Source: Alphaproteobacteria bacterium
GTDB lineage: Bacteria > Pseudomonadota > Alphaproteobacteria > RF32 > CAG-239
NCBI GenBank assembly: GCA_045602545.1
Contig: JAZSBR010000010.1
Span: 46,352 to 110,351, forward strand
Direction: 5' to 3'
DNA length: 64,000 bases
Position 1 is the first letter of the stretch. Every line of letters starts with the position of its first letter. Under the pieces are notes generated by a model, which was given only the letters and a program-made list of their open reading frames with translations, had not been told where the DNA came from and searched no databases. This document shows positions 44,699 through 54,364 of the stretch, in pieces. Both the position numbers and the translations under genes were made by a program.

Positions 44699-45625
44699 AT
44701 GTATAAAATGAGTGCATATTTTAGTAAAAATTTGATTTTAAGTTTAGGTGTGGCAACGATGTTATCATTAGCAATAGGCGAATCGCGGGCGGAAACAACC
44801 TGCACTTGGGAAGGAACAAAGCTGATTATCGGTGGAAGTGGTGAGTTTTCCGGCTGCGATTCGGTATACGATGATGACGATAATGAAATTGATTGGGGCG
44901 AACAGCAGGTAAAAATAACCGAAATTGAGTTTGGAGATGGTATTACGGCTCTAGGAAATTATGTTTTTGATAATGTCCCTAATTTAACAACACTAAACAC
45001 CAATAATATAACTACAATAGGAGAGGAATGTTTTGATAATTTGCAAAGCCTCTTGAAAGTTACTATGCCTAAAGTTGAGCGTATAGAAAATTGGGCTTTT
45101 GAAAATTCTAATAACCTTATAAGTATAGAACTTCCATCTTCACTTGTTTATGTTGATTCTGATGCTTTCAGAACATATAATGACATAGAATTTATTATTC
45201 CTGATAATCTAAAATTTGTCTCTGATGAATACGAGTGGTTATGGAATACGGATGCCTTAAATGATACAGATGAAGGATTAGTGATATTTAAATGTAAAGG
45301 CAACAGCGAAAAATGCAAAGAAAACATACAAAAATATATGGTTGATGCATCTAACGTTAGCAGTAAACAGGTTATTTTTGATGCCGGAGATCATAAAGAA
45401 TGTCTTAAATCTGCAGATGATGATTTAGAATATTATCATACTGGAACAGAATGTGCCGAGTTGCCAGAAAGCGGAAATATAACTTGTGACAGCGGTTATG
45501 CCGATTATAACGGAAATTGTTATGCTCAATTACCTTTTTCAAAAAAGCGTTGGACGCCGGCAGAGGCAAATGAGTGGCTTCATGACGGAAATGATAACTT
45601 TGTGGTGATTACGTTTAAGAAGTGA
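44699..45625 (+). CDS. Secreted BspA-type leucine-rich-repeat protein, paralog 4 of 4
   Basis: Signal peptide ..LILSLGVATMLSLAIGESRA. LRR_5-like repeats (ITALGNYVFDNVPNL.., ITTIGEECFDNLQSL.., VERIENWAFENSNNL..). The protein ends KKRWTPAEANEWLHDGNDNFVVITFKK. Confidence 0.8.
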   Translation: MYKMSAYFSKNLILSLGVATMLSLAIGESRAETTCTWEGTKLIIGGSGEFSGCDSVYDDDDNEIDWGEQQVKITEIEFGDGITALGNYVFDNVPNLTTLNTNNITTIGEECFDNLQSLLKVTMPKVERIENWAFENSNNLISIELPSSLVYVDSDAFRTYNDIEFIIPDNLKFVSDEYEWLWNTDALNDTDEGLVIFKCKGNSEKCKENIQKYMVDASNVSSKQVIFDAGDHKECLKSADDDLEYYHTGTECAELPESGNITCDSGYADYNGNCYAQLPFSKKRWTPAEANEWLHDGNDNFVVITFKK

Positions 45626-45789
45626 TTTATTTAAGAAATCATCAAACATCATAAGCTTTTGAATGTATCAAAAGCTTATGATGCCTCCGCCTAAAAGGCG
45701 GGCAAATAAAGGTCTTCTTTCAGAAGGCCTTTATTTGTTGGAATATTTTATATAAACATAATTGCCGCGTCGCATTCTAAAAAATACTC

Positions 45790-45850
45790 CTCTCAATGAC
45801 AATGCAGAGTATCATTCACTTCGTTCTTAGATGACGATGAGGAAGATTCT
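45790..45850. repeat. Solitary palindromic repeat element
   Basis: ..CAATGACAATGCAGAGTATCATTCACTTCGTTCTTAGATGACGATGAGGAAG has the same GTCAT/ATGAC-bounded hairpin style as the other elements. Confidence 0.45.
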
Positions 45851-45963
45851 TAATACCAATGCTACCGCTCAAGATAAAAAATTGAAAAACTCGGCAAAAA
45901 TGATTGACTTTTCAAGCACATTGACTATTATTCAGCCTATATTATAAACAAGGGGAAGAAAAT

Positions 45964-46542
45964 ATGTTGATTTTTAGTTTTGCCGTACTTTTAATGTTGG
46001 CTTATGCGTGGCCGGCATTGGCAAACCCTGCCTGCGCCGTATGCACAGTGGGTGTTGTAGTTGGTCTTGAATTTGCCCGTAATTTGGGTGTTGATGACGG
46101 AGTGATTGCTATTTGGGCAGGCGCTTTGCTCGCCTTAATCGGCTATTGGACAATCCTCTGGTTTGATAAAAAAGGCTGGAATTTTAAGTTCCGCAACCCT
46201 TTTTTAATGTTGCTTTCATTGTCGCTTATCGGCGGTGTTTATATCAAAGATTTGGTTTATACCCCGCGCCCGATTGCCGTTTTTTATCTTGATCCGTTTT
46301 TGTTTTGCGCAATTGCCGGATTTTTGATTTTGATATATTCATCCGTTTTTTATCAATGGATGAAGGCTAAAAACGGCGGACATGCGCATTTCCCGTTTGA
46401 AAAAGTTGTGTTGCCGATTGCGCTGTTGACCTTGGCAAGCTATGCCGTTGATTATTACGATTTTTGCCAACCGCAAACTGATGTCGTTCAAACGTCTTCT
46501 TTGGCCGATGACGGCTCGGATATTTATAATTTCGGCGAATAA
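45964..46542 (+). CDS. Hypothetical polytopic membrane protein
   Basis: 192 aa. It has a signal-like N-terminus with CAVC and about five hydrophobic segments, and it abuts the next gene. Confidence 0.5.
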   Translation: MLIFSFAVLLMLAYAWPALANPACAVCTVGVVVGLEFARNLGVDDGVIAIWAGALLALIGYWTILWFDKKGWNFKFRNPFLMLLSLSLIGGVYIKDLVYTPRPIAVFYLDPFLFCAIAGFLILIYSSVFYQWMKAKNGGHAHFPFEKVVLPIALLTLASYAVDYYDFCQPQTDVVQTSSLADDGSDIYNFGE

Positions 46543-47391
46543 ATGCTTGATATTTTTATTGAAACTTTAATTGACAACTTAAAGCTGTTTCCGTTTTTGT
46601 TTGCGGCATATTTGTTGCTGGAATATCTGGAACATAAGGCCTCGGCGCGCACGCTTGAATGGGTGGCAAAGTCTGAAAAAAAAGGCGCGTTTTTCGGCGC
46701 TTTATGCGGAATTATTCCTCAATGCGGATTTTCGGCAGCGGCGGCAAATTTTTATGCCGCACGCATAATCACCCGCGGTACCTTGATTGCCATTTTTTTA
46801 TCAACCTCTGATGAAATGTTGCCGATTATGCTTGCTCAATCAATGCCGTTGAAAATCATAATTGCGATCATCGGCTATAAATTCGCTTTCGGCTTGATTT
46901 GCGGGCTTATGATAGATTTTTATCGCAAAGCAAAACCGCTTAATGCCGACATAACAACCCTGTGCCATGAGGCAAATTGTCCGTGTGAAACAACCGATTC
47001 GTTGATGAAGGCGGCTTTTTTCCACTCGTTTAATATCACGATTTTTATCTTTATAGTTTCCTTGATTTTGAACTTTTCGATTGAACTTTTGCCATTCAGC
47101 CTAAGCGGTTTGCACTTTTTGCAAATGCCTTTGCTGGCTGAACTTTCAGGCGCGCTTTTCGGGCTTATTCCGAATTGCTCGCCGTCAGTGATTTTAACTC
47201 AGCTTTATATTGAGGGCGGCATAAATTTAAGCACCATGCTCAGCGGAACCTTAACCGGCTCGGGCGTCGGACTTTTAATTTTGTTTAAGGTTAACCGCAA
47301 ATTAAAGGAAAACCTAAAAATACTCGCTTTGCTTTATATTCTGGGTGTTTTCGGCGGATTGATAAGCAATTTATTCAGCGTTTTTTCTTGA
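46543..47391 (+). CDS. ArsP_2-like putative 10-TM metal exporter
   Basis: LKLFPFLFAAYLLLEYLEH..GALCGIIPQCGFSAAAANFYAARIITRGTLIAIFLSTSDEMLPIML matches my memory of that family. The function is not established. Confidence 0.55.
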   Translation: MLDIFIETLIDNLKLFPFLFAAYLLLEYLEHKASARTLEWVAKSEKKGAFFGALCGIIPQCGFSAAAANFYAARIITRGTLIAIFLSTSDEMLPIMLAQSMPLKIIIAIIGYKFAFGLICGLMIDFYRKAKPLNADITTLCHEANCPCETTDSLMKAAFFHSFNITIFIFIVSLILNFSIELLPFSLSGLHFLQMPLLAELSGALFGLIPNCSPSVILTQLYIEGGINLSTMLSGTLTGSGVGLLILFKVNRKLKENLKILALLYILGVFGGLISNLFSVFS

Positions 47392-48678
47392 AATCTTAAC
47401 ACTGTTGCGTGACGGTTGAGGCATAACCTTAAACCCGTTCTTATAGTTCTCAATCTTATTCAAAAGCTGATAATCAGGGTATCCGTCTTGTGGTAAATGA
47501 GCCTTTTTCTGAATTTTTTTAATACCTTCTCGGGTTTTAGGCCCCAACTTTCCGTCTTCCTTCAACTTTGGCGAAAAAAGCTTGTTGTGGAACTTTTGAA
47601 TTTTCAAAATTTCATCAGAATTCATCACATATTGTGACGATGCCTCCATCGGCAAAACTTTTTTATTTTCATGCTTGATATAATCAGCCAAAATTGCCAC
47701 CGCCAAAGCATAATTATCAGAGCGATTCCAAATCATGATGCGCTTGAAATTACCGAAAACAATATAAGCAGGACCTTTTCTGCCGTCAGGCAAAATTACC
47801 GAACCTTTCATCTCGTCATCAAAATTCAAATCACTTCCGTCATACGACTTAACCCCGAGTTTTTTCCATTCGGCAACGGATTTTGTGGTCTTTCTTCCGG
47901 AAATTTCAAAATCAAAATCCCATGGCAGGGAAACGCGCTTTCCCCACGGCTCGTCTTTTTTCCAGCCTAAGCTTGAAAGATAATTGGCTGCTGAAGCAAT
48001 TGCATCATCAAAATTATCCCAAATATCCGCAATACCGTCTCCGCTGCCATCAACGGCATAGTGATTATAAGTTGACGGCATAAACTGAAAATGACCCATT
48101 GCGCCTGCCCAAGAACCGCGAATTTTATCGCCGTCAAGTTTTGTTTTATCCATTATTTTAAGCACATTATAAAGCTCGTTTTTGAAAAAATCGGAGCGAC
48201 GGTTTTTATAACTCAAATTGGTAAGACTGTCAATTAAGTGATACTGCCCCTTATTTTTGCCGAAGTTTGTTTCAATCGCCCAAAATGAGATCAAATAATA
48301 AAGCGGAACGCCGTATTTTTCTTCTGTTTTAGCATATTTTTTCTTCAAAATTTTATACTGCTTGCGCCCCTCTTTAACGCGAGCCTCATTAACAAGACGA
48401 TTAACATAATTGCAGGTTGTCAAAACAAATTCGGTTTGCTTTTTATCTTGCTGAACAACCGCCGAAACCTTGTGATAATAGTTTTTACCTTTATATGCGG
48501 CATCAATGGTTTTTTGCGAGATTCCCTTTGAAATCATCTCTCGCTTCAAATTTTCAAGCCACTTTGTCCACTGTGCCGGCGGTTCATCGGATGTGCTTGC
48601 AAAAGCATTAACACTCATCATAACCGCAAAACAAAAACAGAGCAAAAATTTTATTTTTTTAAGAGCATTCACCATCAT
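47371..48678 (-). CDS. Lytic murein transglycosylase (MltB/SLT_2 type) with a C-terminal peptidoglycan-binding domain
   Basis: GSWAGAMGHFQFMPSTY and DAIASAANYL, then a C-terminal EDGKLGPKTREGIKKIQKKAHLPQDGY. The start is taken at MMVNALKKIKFLLCF (signal peptide), directly after the rlmN stop. Confidence 0.8.
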   Translation of the reverse strand: MMVNALKKIKFLLCFCFAVMMSVNAFASTSDEPPAQWTKWLENLKREMISKGISQKTIDAAYKGKNYYHKVSAVVQQDKKQTEFVLTTCNYVNRLVNEARVKEGRKQYKILKKKYAKTEEKYGVPLYYLISFWAIETNFGKNKGQYHLIDSLTNLSYKNRRSDFFKNELYNVLKIMDKTKLDGDKIRGSWAGAMGHFQFMPSTYNHYAVDGSGDGIADIWDNFDDAIASAANYLSSLGWKKDEPWGKRVSLPWDFDFEISGRKTTKSVAEWKKLGVKSYDGSDLNFDDEMKGSVILPDGRKGPAYIVFGNFKRIMIWNRSDNYALAVAILADYIKHENKKVLPMEASSQYVMNSDEILKIQKFHNKLFSPKLKEDGKLGPKTREGIKKIQKKAHLPQDGYPDYQLLNKIENYKNGFKVMPQPSRNSVKISRKNAE

Positions 48679-48682
48679 AAAA

Positions 48683-49750
48683 TTACGAGCTTTCCTTTTT
48701 TGATTTAAGTTGTCCGCAGGCTGCCAAAATATCTTGTCCTCTGGCAACGCGTACCGGTGCGGCAAAACCGGCATTTTCCAACTCTTTGGCAAAAGCCGAA
48801 ACTTGTTTTACCGGACTCGGAGCAAATCCGCACCCCGGCCACGGATTAAACGGAATTAAATTGAAGGTTGCGCGGATTTTGTATTTTTTCATTAAGTTAA
48901 TCAACTGATGCGCGCAATCAAGAGAATCATTTACGCCGTCAAGCATCAGATATTCAAAGGTAATATAGCGACTGCCGTCACCGCCCTGATATTCCTGACA
49001 AGCGCGCAAAACTTCTTCTATCGGGTAACGATTGTTAATCGGCATAATTTTTGAGCGCAATTCATTGTTCGGAGCATGTAAAGAAACGGCTAAACGCACG
49101 CCGGTTTCTTTTAAGGCATTCACGATTTGCGGAGCAATACCGGAGGTGGACATTGTGACTCTGCGACGCGATATGGCAATTCCGTCACCGTCGGTCAAGA
49201 TTTTTAAGGCTTTTATGGTGTTTTCCGGATTATGCAGAGGTTCGCCCATTCCCATAACCACAATGTTTGATAAATAACGTGTTTCATTGGTAGGGCTGGG
49301 CCATTCGCCATAAGTATCGCGCGCCACCATAAATTGGCTGACGATTTCGCCGGCGGTTAAGTTTCGCGTTAATTTTTGGCTTCCGGTATGGCAAAACTTA
49401 CAACCTACGGCACAACCGACTTGAGTTGAAATACAAACGGCTCCGCGATCAACTTCTGGAATATAAACCATTTCAACGCGCTGACCGTCCGAAAATTCCA
49501 AAAGCCATTTGCGTGTTTTATCGGAGGATAATTGTTCGGCAACAATTTTCGGACGGGTAATCGTAAAATTTTCAGCCAATTTTTGACGCAAATTAAGCGA
49601 AAAATTGCTCATCTTCGCAAAATCGGTTTCACCGTGAAAATAAATCCATTGCCAGAGTTGTTTCGCCCGAAAAGACTTTTCGCCGAGTCTGGCAATTTGC
49701 TCGGCGAGTTCATCTTTACTTAATCCTATAAGTTCAACCTTATCAGCCAT
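48683..49750 (-). CDS. rlmN: 23S rRNA/tRNA adenine-C2 methyltransferase RlmN (radical SAM)
   Basis: CISTQVGCAVGCKFCHTG, plus GMGEPL and MSTSG. The start MADKV overlaps the upstream stop (TAATG); 49765 is also possible. Confidence 0.9.
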   Translation of the reverse strand: MADKVELIGLSKDELAEQIARLGEKSFRAKQLWQWIYFHGETDFAKMSNFSLNLRQKLAENFTITRPKIVAEQLSSDKTRKWLLEFSDGQRVEMVYIPEVDRGAVCISTQVGCAVGCKFCHTGSQKLTRNLTAGEIVSQFMVARDTYGEWPSPTNETRYLSNIVVMGMGEPLHNPENTIKALKILTDGDGIAISRRRVTMSTSGIAPQIVNALKETGVRLAVSLHAPNNELRSKIMPINNRYPIEEVLRACQEYQGGDGSRYITFEYLMLDGVNDSLDCAHQLINLMKKYKIRATFNLIPFNPWPGCGFAPSPVKQVSAFAKELENAGFAAPVRVARGQDILAACGQLKSKKESS

Positions 49751-50265
49751 TATTTTTTCTTGCACTTGGAAGAAATTGCCTGATAAGCCGAAGTAAAGCC
49801 TTTAAGCGAATAAGTATCTTTGGTGGTTGTACCGCGTGCCGACACACCGTCTGCAACTAATTTATCACCGCGTTTCATTGCTGATATGAGTTTTGTATCT
49901 TCATCGGTGCTGGTTGTCCAAGCCTTATCACCTTCCGTAAAGGTTTTATTGAAAATCTGATTGCCTACTTTTACTGTGAACGGAGCTTGCGGCTTGAAAT
50001 TATATCCGGCAACGAAGCTGACTTCATCATAAGCTTTTTCAGCCGGACGATGCGTTACGACGGCATAGATATCACCGCGCTTTTTGTATTTTCCCTCATC
50101 CTTTTTCGGCGTTGATGACATATAACAAATAATATTGTTTCCGCTACCGTATGTCCAAGCAGTCCAATCGCCGTACTCACCCAAAACCTTTGGTGTTTCG
50201 GCACTATTGGCTAAACCTGTCGAAAAAATGAGAGCGCACACGACTAATAAGTATTTTTTCATCAA
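49750..50265 (-). CDS. Invasion-associated-locus-B (IalB) family periplasmic protein
   Basis: Signal peptide, then GDWTAWTY..ICYMSS..AVVTHRP..DKAWT..RGTTTKDTYSLKGFTSAYQAISSKC. The position upstream of rlmN is the same as in many alphaproteobacteria. Confidence 0.65.
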   Translation of the reverse strand: MMKKYLLVVCALIFSTGLANSAETPKVLGEYGDWTAWTYGSGNNIICYMSSTPKKDEGKYKKRGDIYAVVTHRPAEKAYDEVSFVAGYNFKPQAPFTVKVGNQIFNKTFTEGDKAWTTSTDEDTKLISAMKRGDKLVADGVSARGTTTKDTYSLKGFTSAYQAISSKCKKK

Positions 50266-50364
50266 ATTTATCCTCTTAAGATTTTTACCCTTCTTGCATT
50301 ATAGATAAAAATTATATATAAAGGGTTAACAAAAAGTAAAAATTAACCAAAGGACACACAAAAT

Positions 50365-51600
50365 ATGATGCGACCGGAATTTTTGGATATGTCTGAAATA
50401 TTGTATGACAAGCATATTGTCTGGCTCTTCAGGGCTGTGGAAGATCATGGCGGAAGCTTGCGCTTTGTAGGCGGAACCGTGCGTGATGCTATTGCTCATG
50501 TGAGCGGATTCGGTCTTGATTTGGCAACCGATTTATCGCCTGATGAGCTGGTGGAAGCATGTGTTGACAGCGGACTTAAAACCGTGCCTATCGGCTTAAA
50601 ACTTGATACAATAGGTGTTATTCTTAATAATAGAATTCTGGAAGTTTCATCTTTGCGCAAAAACATTACTACCGAAAACGGAAAAGAAGTTGTTACTTTC
50701 AGTGATGACTGGAATGTTGATGCCTCGCGCCGTGACTTGACCATAAATGCGGTTTATGCCGATTTGCGCGGAAATGTATTTGATTATTATAACGGTATTG
50801 ATGATTTGGAAAAAGGTGTTGTTCGCTTTATCGGAAGTGCGGAAAACAAAATTAAAGAAGATTATTTGAGAATTATGCGTTTTTTCCGCTTTTATGCCAT
50901 TTTCGGCAAAGGGAAACCGGATAAAGAAGCTTTAAGCGCTTGTATAAAACTTAAAGACGGCTTACGTACAATTGCCATTGAACGAGTGCGAGATGAATTT
51001 TTCAAAATTCTGGTTGCTCCTAATGCCTACAATTCCTTAAAGCTGATTTTTGATAATGATATTTTAGGCTTTTTTCTGCCTAAGCCGAAAAGCGTTAGCG
51101 CTTTCAAAAATCTGGCGGAAATAATTGATGAAGCCAAAATTGAGCCGAACTTTTTGCGCCGTCTGTTTGTTTTGTATCAACCGAATGCAACAAAAGCCGA
51201 AAATATTGCAAATGTTTTGCGCTTAACCAAAAAACAAAAGACAACCTTTATAAACTGGGCAAAAATTGAGGTTGATCAAAACAACATAATGACTAAAGAA
51301 ATGCGCTTGAAGTTTATTTATCGCTACGGCAAAGATTTTTGCATGGATAAAATTTTACTCACCTGCGCCATTGCTGGTTTCAAAACCAATAAACTACCTG
51401 ATGTTTTGGAAGAAATAAAAAACGCCGTTGTGCCTATTTTCCCGATAAAGGGACGAGATATAATAAACAAAAACTCTGATCAAAACGGGCAAAACATCGG
51501 CAAAACTCTGGAATTTTTGGAACGTCGCTGGATTGATTCTGATTTCAGTTTAACCAGAAATGAATTGTTGCAAATCGCCGAAAATTGTTCAAAGGACTGA
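50365..51600 (+). CDS. cca: CCA-adding tRNA nucleotidyltransferase / poly(A) polymerase family protein
   Basis: RFVGGTVRDAI..DLAT..RRDLTINA..ED.LRIMRFFRF are head-domain motifs. Confidence 0.8.
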   Translation: MMRPEFLDMSEILYDKHIVWLFRAVEDHGGSLRFVGGTVRDAIAHVSGFGLDLATDLSPDELVEACVDSGLKTVPIGLKLDTIGVILNNRILEVSSLRKNITTENGKEVVTFSDDWNVDASRRDLTINAVYADLRGNVFDYYNGIDDLEKGVVRFIGSAENKIKEDYLRIMRFFRFYAIFGKGKPDKEALSACIKLKDGLRTIAIERVRDEFFKILVAPNAYNSLKLIFDNDILGFFLPKPKSVSAFKNLAEIIDEAKIEPNFLRRLFVLYQPNATKAENIANVLRLTKKQKTTFINWAKIEVDQNNIMTKEMRLKFIYRYGKDFCMDKILLTCAIAGFKTNKLPDVLEEIKNAVVPIFPIKGRDIINKNSDQNGQNIGKTLEFLERRWIDSDFSLTRNELLQIAENCSKD

Positions 51601-51603
51601 TTT

Positions 51604-52137
51604 ATGAAGCTTTATCACTATGTGGCAAAAGGTAATGATGTTTTAAAAAAAGGCTTGCTTTCTTTTGCAAAGAATCCGAATGCCAATCTGAAACACTATT
51701 TCAAACGAACAGGCGGTAAAACCACTCATAAAGAAATTTGCCAATGGATGGAAAGTTGTTTTGTCGGTCGCAGTCGCGCCATCAGAGCTTTTTCCGAGCC
51801 TATTAAATGGAGCGAAAAAAGCATTCATTGCTTAAAAGATTTTATTGATAATGCGGATAGATTTGAAATTGATATTTCCGCCATGGATAAAGACGGCTTG
51901 ATTGAAGCTGTTTATGTAAGTCCGTCAATTTTAGATTTTCCGGATATAACCGAAGAAAAAGGCATGGATGAAATATTGCAAAAATTAAACGGCATTCAAG
52001 ATATTGACTATTCACCGATAGATTGGAGCGTGTGCGATGATGAATTGAAACATCGTTTTGCCTATGTGCGCTATTATCTGATTGTGGTTAAAGGCGGAAT
52101 TATAGCACCGAAATATTTGAAAATCGCTAATTTGTGA
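51604..52137 (+). CDS. Hypothetical protein (177 aa), probably co-transcribed with cca
   Basis: The ORF starts 4 nt after the cca stop. I recognise no motif. Confidence 0.45.
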   Translation: MKLYHYVAKGNDVLKKGLLSFAKNPNANLKHYFKRTGGKTTHKEICQWMESCFVGRSRAIRAFSEPIKWSEKSIHCLKDFIDNADRFEIDISAMDKDGLIEAVYVSPSILDFPDITEEKGMDEILQKLNGIQDIDYSPIDWSVCDDELKHRFAYVRYYLIVVKGGIIAPKYLKIANL

Positions 52138-52164
52138 TAATTTGAAAAATCTGCGATTTTTTGC

Positions 52165-52199
52165 TTGACAATAAAAAAATAATAGAACTAATATAGAAC
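52165..52199 (+). promoter_or_regulatory. lexA promoter with an alphaproteobacterial-type SOS box
   Basis: TTGACA (52165-52170), TAATAT (52189-52194), and GAAC taatata GAAC at 52185-52199 overlapping the -10. Confidence 0.7.
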
Positions 52200-52225
52200 A
52201 AATTTCATGTTCATCGGAGGATTTT

Positions 52226-52879
52226 ATGCTCACAAAAAAACAATACAATCTGCTTTCATACATCAACAAAATCAACAAAGAAACAGGTCAATGTCCCTCT
52301 TTTGATGAAATGAAAGAAGCCGTGGGATTGCGATCAAAATCAGGTATTCACGCCTTATTAAATTCTTTGGAAGAACGCGGATTTATCAGGAAAATTCCGC
52401 ACAAGGCTCGCGCGCTGGAAGTTATAAAATTGCCGAAATTCAAACCTCAAGCCGTTTTGGAAGAAGAGCATAAACGTGAAGAAGCAATCCGTAACGGTTC
52501 GGTTCAAATTCACTATTACGGCAAAATTGCCGCCGGTCTGCCGATTGAAGCTTTGGCTGACAACACCGAATGTTTGAGCGTCCCTTATGAAATGGTTTCT
52601 AACGGAAAATTTTATGCCTTAAAAATTGAAGGTGATTCTATGATTGAAGCCGGCATATTAGATGGTGATACAGCCATTATTCGCCAGCAGGATCAAGCTC
52701 ACAACGGGCAGATTGTGGTGGCGCTGGTCAATAATTCGGAAGCAACCTTGAAAAAGCTGAAAAAGGATGGCGATTTTATAAATCTTATTCCTTGCAACAA
52801 AGACTACTCAATTCAGCGCTATGATGCTAAAAATGTCAAAATTCAGGGAATTTTAAGCGGAATTATTCGCAAATATTAA
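52226..52879 (+). CDS. lexA: LexA repressor
   Basis: N-terminal winged helix (PSFDEMKEAVGLRSKSGIHALLNSLEERGFI), cleavage-site and protease motifs (AAG.., GDSMIEAGILDGD, ATLKKL). Confidence 0.95.
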   Translation: MLTKKQYNLLSYINKINKETGQCPSFDEMKEAVGLRSKSGIHALLNSLEERGFIRKIPHKARALEVIKLPKFKPQAVLEEEHKREEAIRNGSVQIHYYGKIAAGLPIEALADNTECLSVPYEMVSNGKFYALKIEGDSMIEAGILDGDTAIIRQQDQAHNGQIVVALVNNSEATLKKLKKDGDFINLIPCNKDYSIQRYDAKNVKIQGILSGIIRKY

Positions 52880-52935
52880 CAATTGCTTGACTTTTTTGTA
52901 TTACACTGCCCATCATAGTCAACCGGAGTAATACC

Positions 52936-53649
52936 ATGAGTGATGATATAAAAGTTTCAAAATTCAACCTTTTTGTTAATTTTGTTGTACTCTTAACCCC
53001 GTTCATTTTTATTATTTGCGGGGCGTATTTCGGGTATTTCGGGTTTTATATGCGCAACAAATTCAATAAAACCTTTGAAGATTTTCAAACCATTGATAAG
53101 AACATTAAGCAAAATCACTACGGCACATACAAAAATTTTGATACCCAATATGTTGCTTTGAGTAATTTTCTTCCCTATGATTTGGAGGTCAAAAATTCTT
53201 CCTCTCAAACACCGATTGTTAAAAATCGTTTCGGTGGTAATATGTTTTTTTATGAAGCGCTCAATTCCGAGGCGGAGCGCACTTTGTATTATGGTTTGAT
53301 TTCCGACCCGAAAAAATATAAAAATATTTACACCGGAGTTTCAGCTTATATCATTCTTTTAACCGGTTTAAGTAGTTATGAATGCCAAAAATTAGCCACC
53401 CATGATTGGGCGAAAATAATGCCGAATTACATCGGAATAGAAGTTTCTTCTTTGGAAAATAATCAGATATATAACGGTTTTACAAAGTTGAAGACAAGCT
53501 TTATTCCCGATTCTGAAAATGACGCTCTGTATTATAATTCCATAAAAGATAAGGGCTATATTTCCGTTCGCCCTTTGAGTGATACAAGAGCAAAAGAAAA
53601 ATGCAATTGCAAGTCAGACAATTGCACTTTTGCCATAAAATTAAAATAG
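52936..53649 (+). CDS. Divergent member of the pilin-like family that lacks the class-III signal
   Basis: It shares NRFGGN.., TGLSSYECQKLATHDWAK and a C-terminal CNCKSDNCTFAIKLK with the three pilin-like paralogs. Its N-terminus is a plain hydrophobic anchor. Confidence 0.6.
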   Translation: MSDDIKVSKFNLFVNFVVLLTPFIFIICGAYFGYFGFYMRNKFNKTFEDFQTIDKNIKQNHYGTYKNFDTQYVALSNFLPYDLEVKNSSSQTPIVKNRFGGNMFFYEALNSEAERTLYYGLISDPKKYKNIYTGVSAYIILLTGLSSYECQKLATHDWAKIMPNYIGIEVSSLENNQIYNGFTKLKTSFIPDSENDALYYNSIKDKGYISVRPLSDTRAKEKCNCKSDNCTFAIKLK

Positions 53650-53656
53650 TGTTTTG

Positions 53657-54364
53657 TTATTCTTCCGATTGCTCAATCTCGTGATCATCAATTGAATAAC
53701 CGGTTGCTCTGATTGTGCGAATATAATCCGGACCGAATTCATTTAAGGCTTTTCTCAAGCGACGAATATGCACATCAACCGTGCGCATTTCAACATAAAC
53801 GCTGTTTCCCCATACTTCTTTTAATAAATCATCTCGCGAAAATACCTGACGCGGATTGGTCATCAACAACTGCAAAATACGAAATTCCGTCGGTCCGATT
53901 CTGATATAGTTTTCTCCTCGAAAAACTTTTTTCTGAACAGAATCCAAACGAATATCCTGAAAAACATATTCCTTTTTTGAACTTGTCAAAACCGTGCTGA
54001 CACGACGCAAATTTGTTCTGATGCGCGCCAACAGCTCCGGAACAGAAAACGGCTTAGTCACATAATCATCAGCTCCGGCAGACAATCCCTTAACTTTGTC
54101 TTCTTCCTGTCCTTTTGCCGTCAACATAATAATCGGGATATTTTTGTATTCCGGATTGTTACGAATAATCTTGCAAAGTTCAAGTCCGGACATTTCCGGC
54201 AACATCCAATCCAGAAGTATTAATGATGGTGCATGTTTTTCAACGGCTGCAATAACCCGATTACCGTGAGCGATACAAACAGTTTTATAACCTTCTTTTT
54301 CCAAGTTATATTTTAGCAAAAGAGAAATAGCCTCTTCATCTTCAACAATCATAATCGTAGCCAT
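53657..54364 (-). CDS. phoB: OmpR/PhoB-family response regulator (PhoB-like)
   Basis: IMIVEDEEAI..LILLDWMLPEMSG..IIMLTAKGQEEDKVKGLSAGADDYVTKPFSVPELLARI is close to PhoB, and a winged-helix C-terminus is present. Confidence 0.65.
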   Translation of the reverse strand: MATIMIVEDEEAISLLLKYNLEKEGYKTVCIAHGNRVIAAVEKHAPSLILLDWMLPEMSGLELCKIIRNNPEYKNIPIIMLTAKGQEEDKVKGLSAGADDYVTKPFSVPELLARIRTNLRRVSTVLTSSKKEYVFQDIRLDSVQKKVFRGENYIRIGPTEFRILQLLMTNPRQVFSRDDLLKEVWGNSVYVEMRTVDVHIRRLRKALNEFGPDYIRTIRATGYSIDDHEIEQSEE

